Shown here: positions 40,111 through 53,054 of the stretch, piece by piece
Layout: every line of letters starts with the position of its first letter
Position numbering within the stretch: the first letter of the stretch is position 1
Assembly: GCA_951406725.2 (NCBI GenBank)
Contig: OX597814.1
Span: forward strand, 133,052,001-133,116,000
Direction: 5' to 3'
DNA: 64,000 nt
Source of the DNA: Octopus vulgaris
Lineage: Eukaryota
Notes under the pieces: generated by a model
Seen by the model: only the letters and a program-made list of their open reading frames with translations
What the model was told of the DNA's origin: nothing
Databases searched by the model: none
Made by a program: the position numbers and the translations under genes

Positions 40111-40340
40111 TGCTGCTGCTGCCTCTATTGAATTGATATTATTCTCTAAATGTGTGGGAATTGTCTTCTGAAATAACATGAAAACTTACTGAAGCTAACA
40201 GGAATATAACTCTGTATAATATATATGCACCAGAGTTATACAGATATACGTGCCATTACAAAGTGGTGCATGCAGAAATCTATACATACATACTTTACAT
40301 ATATAGAAATTTATGTACACACACACACACACACACAAAC

Positions 40341-40404
<64 letters not shown>

Positions 40405-40559
40405 AGAGAAGGAGATAGATAGATAGATAGAATGATAAATAGATAGATAGACAGATGTACACAAATACAAACATACATATATTTATAAGTATACAAATAG
40501 TATATATGTATACACACACAAACACACACACACACACACATATATATATGTATATATAT

Positions 40560-41049
40560 GCATATATGGATACAGGACATCACTAACAGTAAACAACATG
40601 AAATACAAGAACAAATGAGTCCAATACGTAAACAACAAGAGAAACAAATGGAAAACAGGGCAAGTAACATAAAGAACGACCCTTCATCAGGTGTCGGCTC
40701 TCTATCTACTATTTATTTCGACACTAAACGACAATCTGAGTCTTCGAAGGCAGATGCTCCCATTGGTTCCAAAGCAAAATTTGGGATTTATGGAAGGTCA
40801 GAGCTGGGAAGAAAAACAGGATAGTGGTGAAATACAACGAAAAAAATGGAGGGCTGTTAGACTAGAACAAGGGTAAAATAGCAAAGGGTGGGGAAATATT
40901 TTCTTCGGCAGACAACGGACGACTGATGAAGGGTCGCTCTTTATGCTACTTGTCTTGTTTTCCTATTTTTCTCTCGTTATTTGCGTATTGAACTCATTTG
41001 TTTTCGTATTTCATGATGTTTGCTTTTGGTGTCATCCTGTACCGAAATA

Positions 41050-41052
<3 letters not shown>
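40560..41052. mobile_element. Fold-back element with ~130-bp diverged inverted arms, in (TA)n; probable PLE-type pLTR with inverted partial copy
   Basis: 40560-40690 is the approximate reverse complement of 40923-41052; both arms carry CTGATGAAGGGTCG at their inner end; homologous to 42030-42660. Confidence 0.75.
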
Positions 41053-41118
<66 letters not shown>

Positions 41119-41139
41119 ATGTGTATGTGTGTGTGTGTG

Positions 41140-41179
<40 letters not shown>

Positions 41180-41200
41180 TCAAACACACACACACATATA

Positions 41201-41934
41201 CTAGCTGGTGTTCCCGGTAATTCCTGAGGGTAAATATGTTCTATTGAAATGCCATATTACTCAGATATGAGAAAGCAATTGAGTTATAACTGCCACAAAT
41301 GATGTATTTTCCGTCACGAAAATATACAATAAAATGTCTTCTGGAGGAGGGAGAGATTGTTGGAGGTTGGCGAGAGAGGTTTTCGAAGGTTGGCTAGGAA
41401 GATTGACGGAGGTTGGTGAGAGAGGTTTCATAAATATATGAATGAAGCGTTTGAAGAAAGTGCAATAATAATGTTTAACAGTTCAAAACTGTGAGTAGTG
41501 AAATCCAGGACTAGGTCGGCTGATCGTGAGAATCAAATATTGATCGCTTCGCTAAAACTGCAGGTAGCATGGTTTATTTCCCATGAGTTGTTTAAATAAA
41601 ATATTAGTAATATGTAGTAGATAGAAGGATCCGCTGGAGGAGCCCTATTATCGATCTTTTTCAACAATCTAAGTATGTCACGAGGTTTCCAGACATCAGT
41701 TCTATTCACCTGTCAAATAAAGTGATATTGTTTGCAAAAATTAGAAATTGGACACACAAAAAAAGCAATATTCAAAGTAATCGAACATAAACAATGAAAT
41801 GGATTATTTCCCTTGAGTGTTTAAAAAATATTGGGCAGATGCTATTGGTTATTTTCCTTGGGTGTTCGATATAGAAGGCGTTAGCTAACAACGCCACAAA
41901 CAAATACACACCGATTTTCCATATACGTAGCAGA
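41201..41934 (-). mobile_element. Non-autonomous Helitron-like element
   Basis: Minus strand A|TC...CTAG|T termini, GC-rich imperfect hairpin near the CTAG end, inserted within a (CA)/(TA) microsatellite. Confidence 0.5.
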
Positions 41935-41936
41935 TA

Positions 41937-42029
<93 letters not shown>

Positions 42030-42030
<1 letters not shown>

Positions 42031-42656
42031 TTATATAATTATTTGATTGAACGCCACGCATCTGTTTCCAAGTAAGTTTATCTTAATGTTTTTGATGCGA
42101 CTATCCTCTATACTGTTTTGTCCCCTTATCGTTTTCTCTGTCTCTCTCTTTCGTCCAACTTTCTCCTTTATTCTCTCTCGTTGCTCACACGTGACCATCA
42201 TCCATATTTCTTTTCCGCATGTGATTATTTTTCTTTACTTTCAGGCCTGTCCTAAAGATTGGACGTATCTTATCTCTCCTATCTTTTCTCTTGTCAAAGA
42301 AAATATTTCTCCTACGTTTGTTATTTTATCTTCGTTCTGTCCTAACGTCGCCACTCCATGTTTGTTTTCGATCGCTTTCCTTTTAGGTTTCCACTGTCAT
42401 GTTTTTATTTCCAACCTTGACCCTCCGTAAATCCCAAATTTAATTTTCGTACTTATGGTAGCAACTGTCTTCGAAGACTCAGATTGTCGTTCAATGCTCG
42501 AAATCAAGAGTAGATGGATAGCCGACAACTGATGAAGTGTCGTTCTTTATGTTATTTGTCCTGCTTTCCATTTGTTTCTCTTGTTGTGTGCGTATTGAAC
42601 TCATTTGTTTTCGTATTTCATGTTGTTTACTATTGGTGACGTCCTGTACCCATATA

Positions 42657-42660
<4 letters not shown>
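42030..42660 (+). mobile_element. Non-coding element of the same family as 40560-41052, ending in (TA)n
   Basis: taaatcccaaattt..tcgaagactcagattgtcgtt..gccgacaactgatgaag.gtcgttctttatgtta..gtcctgtacccatatatg shared with the 40560-40800 minus strand. Confidence 0.75.
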
Positions 42661-42729
<69 letters not shown>

Positions 42730-43420
42730 GTATATATCTGTGTGTGTGTGTGTGTGTATGTATGTGTATATATATATATATATATAATATTTATGCCTAT
42801 AAGTATATTATTTATATAATTTATGTTGTGTATATGCATGTATGTATTTATTATGAACACACTCTCCCTCTTTGTTATAAATATGTATTTATATATGTAA
42901 GTAAATATATATAGAGAGAGAGACAGACAGGCAGACAGAAAGAGAGAATGAGAAAGAGACAGAAAGTAAAAAAGAAAGAATATATACCAGACTTTAGAAC
43001 AAATATACTATGATCTATCAGGTGGCTAAAGTTCTTCAAGGTTTAACCCCCAGCTTAACCACAGTCTAAAGACTGAAAAAGAAGTCCATAATACGCACGC
43101 GCGCGTGTGTGTATGTGCGTGCATGCATATGCGTATATTCACAGAGCTATATGTGTGCTAAGAATTGTGAATCTGGGTGCGTATGCGAAGCTCTTCCTTT
43201 GAACTGACTGCACTACCTTAGCCACTTTTGATGTCATACTACATCTATATTCACTACGAAAGCGGAAAAAATTCAAGCAAGCAGTTTCACAGATTTCGCA
43301 TCTTCAGCACTTATGCAGCTTCTACTGGCAATAAGCATTGCCACTACATTTTCTGGAACGAAGAAATTAAAGATACGCTGTGACATATAAGTATGTATGT
43401 GGGTACTATGTATGTAGGCT

Positions 43421-43590
<170 letters not shown>

Positions 43591-43603
43591 TACATATATA
43601 TAT

Positions 43604-43902
43604 CACCGTGACCGACCAGGCTATCAGATGTTGCTACACACCGCTGGTCACAATACTCTTCGCATTGTTTTAGCCTTCAAATGACGCCACCCCGCTGGCT
43701 AAGCGAGCGGGCCAACAGAAGAAAGGGTGAGAGAAACTTGTGGCGAAAGTACAGCAGGGATCACCACCAAGCCCCTGCCGGAGCCTCGTGGAGCTTTCGG
43801 TGTTTTCGCTCAATAAACACTCACAACACCGGTCTGCGAATCGAAACCGAGACCTTACAACAACGAGTCCGCTGCCCTAACACTGGGCCACTTCGCCTCC
43901 AC
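43604..43902 (-). mobile_element. tRNA-derived SINE (family C), full length, in (TA)n
   Basis: Minus-strand A-box TGGCCCAGTG.TAGG and B-box GTTTCGATTC; flanked by (TA)n on both sides. Confidence 0.85.
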
Positions 43903-43920
43903 ATATATATATATATATAT

Positions 43921-44058
<138 letters not shown>

Positions 44059-44094
44059 GTAGATATACATAGATATATATATATATATCCTTCA

Positions 44095-44490
44095 CCTTTT
44101 ACTTGCTTCAGTCGTTTGACTGCGGCCATGCTGGCACACCACCTCGAAGTTTTAGTCGAATCTATCGACCACACTACTTATTATTTTTTTAAAGACTAGT
44201 ACATAGCAAGGTGACACGCAGTGGGACTGAGCCAGAAATCATGTGGTTGGGAGGTAAGCTTGTTACCACATCTTTTACTTGTTTGAATCACTAGACTGCG
44301 TTCTTGTTAAAGTACCACCCTGAAGAAAATTTAGTCGAACGAATCGACTCCATTACTTGTCATCTTTCTAAAGCCTGTGTCATATTGTCTCGTTCTTTGT
44401 TGCCGAATCGCTATGTTACAGGCAAGTAAACCCAGCAACACCGTTTATGAAGTGATGGTGGTTGAGAAACACAGACACAAAGACACACGC

Positions 44491-44589
<99 letters not shown>

Positions 44590-44732
44590 GGCTTCTTTCA
44601 GCTTCCGTCTACCTTATCCACTCATAAGGCTTTGGTCGGCAGAAGACCCTTGCCTGTGTTACTACGCCGTTCGATTGAATCTGGAACCATGTGATTGATA
44701 CGATAACTTCAATCATACAGCCAACCTGCACC
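44095..44732 (-). mobile_element. Two adjacent SINE family B copies (deleted copy 44095-44270; full copy 44272-44732 with internal (TA)n)
   Basis: Both tail and head modules are recognisable, separated by a microsatellite in the second copy. Confidence 0.75.
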
Positions 44733-44738
44733 TATCTA

Positions 44739-44807
<69 letters not shown>

Positions 44808-44812
44808 ATATA

Positions 44813-44883
<71 letters not shown>

Positions 44884-44899
44884 CAAATATCTGTCAAAT

Positions 44900-46051
44900 A
44901 TCTGTGTGTATGTATGTGTGAGTGTGTTGCATTTATCAGCAGGTTCTGTGTGTGTCAGTATGCATTGGGTTTCTCCAGGTGGTGTGTCTGTATGTGCGTG
45001 TACGTTCTGTACATGTTGGTACTGAGTAGCGTTTGTGTGTGTGTATATATATGTGGGTATGGTTTAAGTAGTTTTCCGGGCTGGGGGTACATGTGTGTCT
45101 GTGCTGTATTTGTGAGTGATTTGTTTTGTTTGTATTGTTAGTGCAGTGTGTGTGTATACGTGGATATGTGTTTGTGTGAGTGTGTCTATGAGTCTGGTAT
45201 TTGTAAGGGAGGTGCGTGTCACTGTGTGTGTGTGCATGCTTGTCTATGTTTGTATGTCTGAGTGTTTGTGTGTGTTTGTTGTGTTTGTTGGGATTGTATT
45301 GTGTGCATATGTGTGTTTTTTTTTCCTTTTCAGTGTGTGCGTGATTTTTACTGGGGAACGGGCGTATTGTGTTTGTATGTGTGTGTGTGTGTACATATGT
45401 GTGCATATATGCGTGTGTGGGGTTTGTGTTGTATTTGCCTGTTTGTGTGTGTATATATGTGTGTGTGTGGGTGTGTTTGTGTGAATGTGACTTGTGATTG
45501 TCAGGGTGGTGCGTGTAGGTGTGTGCATGTACGTGTTTACGTATGTATGTATGTGTATGTGAGTGTTGTTTATAGTTGCTAGAATCGTATTGCAACGTAT
45601 ATATTTTTCCTCTAATTTCAGCTCAGAGCTGCGGCCATGCTGATGCACCGCCGTATGTATGTGTTTTTTCTTGGAATGTGTTTGTGTTTGTGATCTAGTG
45701 TCCGGATATTGTGTTTTTGCGTGTATGTATATGTATGTGTGTGTGTTTGCATGGGGGCTTTGCATTGTATATTTGTGTGCGTGTGATTATAACAGCACAT
45801 ACATACTCAGACAGACACACACACTCACGTACCCCCACACACACGTACACAGACATAACATCCCCACCAACGCAAAACATACAAACATACACACGCACAC
45901 ACAGACGCACACATACACGCACGCGAACAAACACATCCACACAACACCCTGACAAATTCTAATCACACACATACACATACACACAAATGCGCACACATAT
46001 ACATACACCTTCCTACCAAATATAAAACATGTATGTATGTATGTATGTATG

Positions 46052-46085
<34 letters not shown>

Positions 46086-46575
46086 TGTATGTATGTATGA
46101 ATGTCTATAAAAAACCTGAACGTAATACATAAGTGTCTGAAGAAAATCACATTCAGTTGAATGCTAAAAATTTGAAGTGCTCCATTATCAACTCCCAAAC
46201 AGATTGGGGTTAGACTACATAGAGCAATTCTGGAGTTACTATCATCACATGATCTAGAAGGTCATATGATTAATGATGCATGGAAACTATTTTGGGCCTC
46301 TGAAGAACCTTTCCTCCTTATCGCCTGGACCGCGGTTTCGAACAACACATACATACTCAGACAGACACATACACACACGCACTCACGTGCACGCGCACAC
46401 GTACACACACATAACATCCCCACCAACGCAAAACACACAAGCATACACACGCACACACAGAGGCACACATACTCACACGCGAACAAACACATCCACACAC
46501 AAGCACACACACAAAACCCTGACAAATTCTAATCGCACACATACACACACAAACGTGCACACACATACACGCACA
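44900..46575. repeat. Low-complexity GT-rich then CA-rich degenerate repeat, with ~215-bp direct duplication (45794-46008 / 46342-46575)
   Basis: cacatacatactcagacagacac..cataacatccccaccaacgcaaaac..accctgacaaattctaatc present twice; strand polarity switches near 45790. Confidence 0.8.
45609..45652 (-). mobile_element. Isolated 3' tail of the CR1-group LINE seen at 13221
   Basis: tcagctcagagctgcggccatgctgatgcaccgcc matches 13233-13267. Confidence 0.7.
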
Positions 46576-47349
46576 TTTACCCTGTCGGACAGGGTAAAAT
46601 TAGCAGCGGAACTGAAAGCAAGCCAACACAAAAAAAGATTACCTCTGTGGAACAGGTAAGTCAACGGGAGTATTTGTAATATCTAGAACGAAGACACGAA
46701 AGATCGGCATTCAGATTAATGTGCGTGCGTGCGCGTGTGTGTGTGTGTCAGCGCGCCCATGCGTGTGTGTGCGTACAGAAAATCTGCAGAGTGTAGCTTT
46801 TAACTTTGGGACTGAAAACTATAACAAACCCCGAACTGAGTGCTACTGCATAGTACCAAATGCTCAACATTTCCCACATGGAGTAAAGATCAATTAAGTT
46901 AAAAACTTAATTGAGTCAAAAGCTCACAGTTTTTTAATACCTTTCCAGGTGGGAATATATTTTCAATAACTTTCCAGGCGGGAATATATTCAAATAACAA
47001 TCACATCCAAACAAAAATGCAAACAAGCGTGACGTTGTCCAACTTCCTCTTTTACCCAAACAATACATGGAGTGAGGGCTGGGAAATAAAGTTAAATAAA
47101 CTGATAATCACAATTTCTGGTCTTGAGGATGGTCAGAGTTTCTAAATTATTTTTTCATGGCAATTTTTGCGGGGAGCAGAAAAATCGACGTACAGACATC
47201 TATTTTTGTATCTTTAGTTTTAAAGAATTTTTGTTTTAAAACAAATAGCACAAAATTATTTACTTCAACCTGGATTCCACGCGTAGAACTAATTGTATCA
47301 CATTACGAAACACTGGCTGTTTCTATTTCTCTTCAAGAAGGGCTCAACT

Positions 47350-48150
47350 CCATTAAATACGAAATAGATATTGATGAAGTTACGATTGTTAATGGTACAT
47401 CTGGGCTTTCTTCACGTTCCAAATACGTATTAAATGACATTATATATCAAGTTCATTTTATGAAAGTAAGTTTGAGCAATTTCTGAGGGATTTAGAACTG
47501 TCAAGAGACAAAGTTTCTCACCTCTCATTTGAAAGAAAGACATTTGCTTGAAGAAAGCAAAACAGTTGGTTACTATAGGAAGCAAAAGTTTGATTTGACA
47601 TTTTATACTGAAGTGGATGGTTCTCTCTGTTATTGTCATGACTTAATGGACATTTCGTAAGTTTATCTGAAAGGCATGTTGAAAGTGAATGGCAAAATTC
47701 TATAGATTCACCACTACGAAATTTAGAATCTGTTTTATTGCATTATTGAATTTAAAACTATCTGCTGCCATCACACATTGTGTGCATTTTAAAGAATCTT
47801 ATATTGACATGGAGATACTTTTAATGCAATTCACGACAACGATCAATAATAAAATCTTTGTAGACATCTTAAACTAATTGCTATGTTAAAAGGCGTGTAG
47901 AGATGATTCACCAAGCACTACCACTTTCTATGAATGGGTAATTCACGTATTACAGAGCATTATAATCAAAGAAAATGACCAGCCAGATTGTCAAATATTT
48001 CAGGAAAACAGTATCATCTCCACAACCTTTTTAGTTAATCCAGAGAAACGTGTTCCACACATCACATTCGTCTCGGTTTGATGGTATTTATTAAGACCAT
48101 GGATAAAATACCCAAAAAGATTTTGATTTTCCTCTGAAATGTTTGGAACA
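47350..48150 (-). mobile_element. Very decayed LINE RT remnant
   Basis: Ordered ghosts of GxxKIP, PIHRK and HFQHAF.DK motifs on the minus strand. Confidence 0.3.
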
Positions 48151-48977
48151 TTAAGTTTTACACAATAAATGAGGTAATATTATAGAACATCTAATCTGGA
48201 ATGTATTAAAGGATGAAATTTTAATAAATCACACGCAGCACTTGAGCTAAAAACTTCGCGTTCTTTCAAACATCTACATGCTATCTTGTAAGATTTCATT
48301 TCTTTTTGAAATTGATATGAGGGTTTAGATATGAGGGTTTATAAGGGTTTAATATCTTGCATATAAAATCATCTAGCCTCCAAATATGAGACAAGAAGAG
48401 CTGATAATCTGCTGGTAGACTGGCATTTTCCTCACAACCAAATGACACCCCTATTAAATTTGATATGGAAAAAGAAACATCATTCAGACAATATTTTCCT
48501 AAATGTTACTATCAAATCATAGTAAATTAAGATAGAACCAAAAAAACTAATCAAATTTATCCAATCATTGAAGCATTGTCGATCTTTACAATATTTGTTG
48601 AAGCTGAATCTAGTTGAGTGAACAGGACGTAAGACATTGGGCAGCATGGACGGCAACATGAGTGCTGCAAATGGAACGCCAGTAATAAATTTACCTCTGA
48701 AATGAATTAATCCACTTCCCTTTCAATAACATGAAAATAAAATGAGTACTTCTCTATTCTGAACCGAATCAAAACACAGTGATACATAAAGACTGAAAAT
48801 CGAACGCGATGACTCTTACTGGCTGGTCTTCGATTTGTTACAGCTTTCAACTGCTGAGTAATTATACTGATTACTATTATTGGTTGAAATTGTAAACCAT
48901 ACACACATCATTTCACAAATGATTTTTCATTTCTATTTTAAGCAAAATTAAGTAAATGATCAATTACCAACGTTAGT

Positions 48978-49369
48978 CGAGCAGAAACGTTAGCACGCCA
49001 GGCGAAATGCGTAGCCGTATTTCGTCTGCCGTTACGTTCTGAGTTCAAAATTCCGCCGAGGTCGACTTTGCCTTTCATCCTTTCAGGGTCGATTAAATAA
49101 GTACCATTTACGCACTGGGATCGATATAATCAAATTAATCTGTTTGTCTGTCCTTGTTTGTTCTCTCTGTGTTTAGCCCCTGTGGGTAGTAAAGAAATAG
49201 GTATTTCGTTTGTCTTTACGTTCTGAGTTCAAATTCCGCCGAAGTCGACTTTGGCTTTCATCCTTTCGGGATGAGTAAATTAAGCACCAGTTGTGTACTG
49301 GGGGTCGATCTAATCGACTGTCTCCCTCCCCCAAAATTTGGGCCTTGTACCTAGAGGAGAAAAGAATAT
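48978..49369 (+). mobile_element. Dimeric tRNA/Nin-domain SINE (family D)
   Basis: Two tandem units of ttacgttctgagttcaaa.ttccgccga.gtcgactttg.ctttcatcctttc.ggg..aag.acca; GCCTTTCATCCTTTC.GGGTCGAT is the Nin-type domain. Confidence 0.8.
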
Positions 49370-50129
49370 CATATTTTTTAGCTTTAAATTAATTACTATC
49401 TCTTAACGCTGCCTGATTACAAATTCTTTCTTAGTTTAGGGAACTAGAACACCTTTTTATTCTAACTTCGTTACATATTTCAAATTTTCCTTTTATGGAA
49501 CTTGTTTTCATGTAAATCAAACTAATTAAGCAACAACATTTTTATACGACATTAATTCCTGTATATGTAAAGAAGAAAGAAAGAAAGTTTTGCAACTATT
49601 CATTTTCTTGGATGGTATCGGAAAAAAAAAACATACATGAAACATCTAGTAAGGATCAAAATAGGATTCTAAACTTGATTTTGATGCCAAGAAACTTGTT
49701 CCATTCGTCTAAACAGTGAATCGATATGCACAGAAGATGTTTCATAGGCTGTTTGGTAGTATATGCATTTCCAAAATGTACGATAACAGACGTTTTTAGG
49801 CGAAGTGGTTTTAACCAAAATTTGATGCATTCAGTATCTAGCGAAAAGTATTGTAAAACACCAGCTATATTGGAAATACACAAATGTATTTGACATCCTA
49901 TAGGAAAATATTATTCAATAACTATAATTGAATCAGTGACAATATAAAAAATACATATGAGTTAATTTAATTATTTGTAAAGCATAACAAAAGAAAGCAA
50001 ATCATGGTCAGGAAACATTTTAATTAACACTATTTCATAATTATACAAAACGGTTTGAATATTTTTGTACTCTCTCTCTCATCTTTTCAATGAAACTTCT
50101 AAAACCTAGGGATTTTTTCTGTGTATATA

Positions 50130-51135
50130 CAGTGTGCGTAAAATATTTGAAGACATATCTTTTGGGGGTCATTGTTGCATTTTTTGCTAACTCTATATTA
50201 ACTTTGTTTCAGAAAATAATAATGGCAAACCCTCAGCGTACTCTAGAAATGAAGAGACATGCTGTTATTGTGGTGAGCATAACGATTTAGAAATATCTCG
50301 ATTTTTAAAAGTTGCCAGATCTTTCGCCTACAAAGTTTGTAAGGAGCTAGAAACTGAAGATGGAGACGTATCACCAGTATCAAAGCATAAAAAGCATTCT
50401 AAACGCTCTGAAATTATCAGAACACCTGAATTTATCCAGCAAGTTCAACAGACCATTAATTACAATCACAGAAAGTCGATTAGGTCAATTGCAAAAGATC
50501 TCCTTGTGTCAGAAGGAACTGTCAGAAATGTTGTCCACGAAGACATCAGATATAAGTCTTATATGATAAGGAAAGGTCAATTTGTCAGAAATAGCAGACG
50601 AAAATCACTACATCAGATATAAAAAGCTCTTAAACAAACTGAAAACAAGCAGAAAAAGATTTGAGTTGGTTTTTCTCGAACAAAAATAACTTCGACCTAG
50701 ATCAAAAATTTAACAGCGAAATGATAGAAGTTTCTATGCAGACCCTTCTGAAGTTCCAAGTGTTATGCATACAAAATTCTTGCAGCTGTTATGGTTTTAG
50801 GGGCTGTCAGCAATGAAGGACATGTGATGCCTCCTTACTTCTTTCCACAAGGCTTTACTTGTTAACTCCGCCGTCAACATTGAGGTCCTGGAAATAATTG
50901 TTAAGCCCTGGATAAACAGTTTATGCAACGAAATGCCATATGTGTTTCAGTACGACTCTGCACTATCACACATGACTCTAATAACACAGGAAAGGATGGC
51001 CAGAAATTTTTCATGATCACATAACCCCTAACATTTGGCGTCCTAATTCTCCAGATCTGAATCCATTGTACTATTACATGTGGAGCGTTCTTGGAAGAGA
51101 GGTTAATGAACACACCCGTAACACCAAAGATTCTT
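50130..51135 (+). mobile_element. Tc1/mariner DD37D (maT-like) transposon remnant, right end missing
   Basis: TA|CAGTGTGCG left end. Frameshifted transposase: KSIRSIAKDLLVSEGTVRNVVHEDI (HTH), WFFSN, VMVLGAVSNEG..PPYFF, YVFQYDSALSH..WRPNSPDLNPLY with 37 residues between the 2nd and 3rd catalytic positions (two of the three D are mutated). Confidence 0.85.
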
Positions 51136-51396
51136 ATATTTATATATATATATATGTATAGTAGATGTAATATAGTAGAACATTTAGTATATGTGTGTAT
51201 ATATATATATATTGCCTGTTATATACATTATATTATTTTTGTAATTTACTTAATCTTTACTTTTTAATTGTCATTTTAATTTTAACTTTCCTATGATATG
51301 CAATTTTCAAGATGGTGAAATTTAATTGTTCATTTTAAATCGATAAAAGGTGTTTTTTTCTAATATTTCATGTATAAGCATGTATATATATATATA

Positions 51397-51994
51397 GTGG
51401 TATAAACATCAACACAATTTTTTCCCCTTCCTCCCTTTCTTTCCCTCTTCCCTTCTCCAAACTCACAGACACCCACACACGATGACACACACACACACAC
51501 ACACAGACACACACCTCCACAAAACGATCATAAAAAGTGGAAAGAATTCTTAAACCCAAAAAAGCATTTGACCATTAAACACACACACTCTCTCACAATG
51601 ATAAAAGGAAATATAATTTATGGCCTGCCTCCCCACCACCACACACTCAGTGACACTGTGAAGTGGCCAAAACTGAAATTCTTTCGTTTTTCCCAAGACC
51701 TTCGAACCCCCTTGGAGTCAATATTCTGTCCAGCAGACCCAAAAAATTCTTTTCTTCTTCTTCCCTTTCCCTTCCCCTCTTTTTATTTAGCACTCATCAC
51801 AGATACAAAAACACACACACACACACATTCACACATGTTCTCTCTCTCACTTTCTCCTCATCCATTACCGTCTTGTACTGTCTTATATTCCTCCCCACCA
51901 CTACAAACTCTATAAAATAGTCCACTATAAAATAGTCAAAACTCCTCACACTTAGTTTGATTTGAAAACCCCACTAGAATGGGAGAAATTAAAA
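51397..51994 (+). mobile_element. Decayed PLE 3' end (GIY-YIG C-terminus + pyrimidine/CA-rich UTR)
   Basis: KHLT..HSL..IYGL..H and FS/KTFEP/LGVN (frameshifted) parallel RHFR..HSL..VFGL..H and FSLRSYTPFGLN of the element at 4073; begins at (TA)n 51383-51396. Confidence 0.5.
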
Positions 51995-52366
51995 AATTAG
52001 GGTAAACGTTTTTAAATTTTCACCTTATTTCCGAATTGCACTACTTGGCGGTTTGAGTTCTGGCTGCTCTTTCTGGTGGACGAATGGCCTGTTAAGGCCA
52101 TTCCTAAATTGTTATATTTATATATATTTAGTCTTTGACTATTTTCTCTTTTCCACTAGGCCGCTGGTAGCGATAAATTTTTACTGAATTTTTTGCTACC
52201 CTAAATTGATTAATTGATAATTTTCTGACTAATTCTGAGATTGAATCGGCAGTTTATATTTGCTGCCGATAAGTTTGGCGCGAATGCGTTGGTCTTGAAA
52301 ATTTTAAGACAGATATTCATGAGGCATTGATACAGTCGCCTCGTGTATATTCGTCTCTCCCAGGTT

Positions 52367-52467
52367 TCTTTTACTGATGAAGTGTGACCTATGGTAGACT
52401 AGCTTAATTTAATTTAATTAAGCTAGTCTATCATTAAAAACACCGAAACGATGCATCGTATAAAAGA
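52367..52467 (+). ncRNA. Type I hammerhead ribozyme, copy 1 (predicted cleavage after A52460)
   Basis: TCTTTTA-CTGATGA-AGTGT..19-bp stem..ACACC-GAAA-CGATGCATCG-TA-TAAAAGA; perfect 7-bp helix I, 12-bp palindrome ACGATGCATCGT as helix III, GUA triplet. Confidence 0.9.
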
Positions 52468-52841
52468 TGAATTAGGGTAAACGTTTTTAAATTTTCACCT
52501 TATTTCCGAATTGCACTACTTGGCGGTTTGAGTTCTGGCTGCTCTTTCTGGTGGACGAATGGCCTGTTAAGGCCATTCCTAAATTGTTATATTTATATAT
52601 ATTTAGTCTTTGACTATTTTCTCTTTTCCACTAGGCCGCTGGTAGCGATAAATTTTTACTGAATTTTTTGCTACCCTAAATTGATTAATTGATAATTTTC
52701 TGACTAATTCTGAGATTGAATCGGCAGTTTATATTTGCTGCCGATAAGTTTGGCGCGAATGCGTTGGTCTTGAAAATTTTAAGACAGATATTCATGAGGC
52801 ATTGATACAGTCGCCTCGTGTATATTCGTCTCTCCCAGGTT

Positions 52842-52942
52842 TCTTTTACTGATGAAGTGTGACCTATGGTAGACTAGCTTAATTTAATTTAATTAAGCTG
52901 GTCTATCATTAAAAACACCGAAACGATGCATCGTATAAAAGA
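52842..52942 (+). ncRNA. Type I hammerhead ribozyme, copy 2 (predicted cleavage after A52935)
   Basis: Same as copy 1 apart from A>G at 52900. Confidence 0.9.
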
Positions 52943-53054
52943 TGAATTAGGGTAAACGTTTTTAAATTTTCACCTTATTTCCGAATTGCACTACTTGGCG
53001 CTTTGAGTTCTGGCTGCTCTTTCTGGTGGACGAATGGCCTGTTAAGGCCATTCC

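Noticed and set aside
43272-43316. Minus-strand CTGAAGA-TGC..GT-GAAA hammerhead candidate
   Set aside because: Only a 2-bp helix II and no clean NUH site; ambiguous
44936-45765. Long His/Thr-rich ORFs (219 aa, 173 aa)
   Set aside because: Product of stop-poor CA/GT low-complexity DNA, open in several frames
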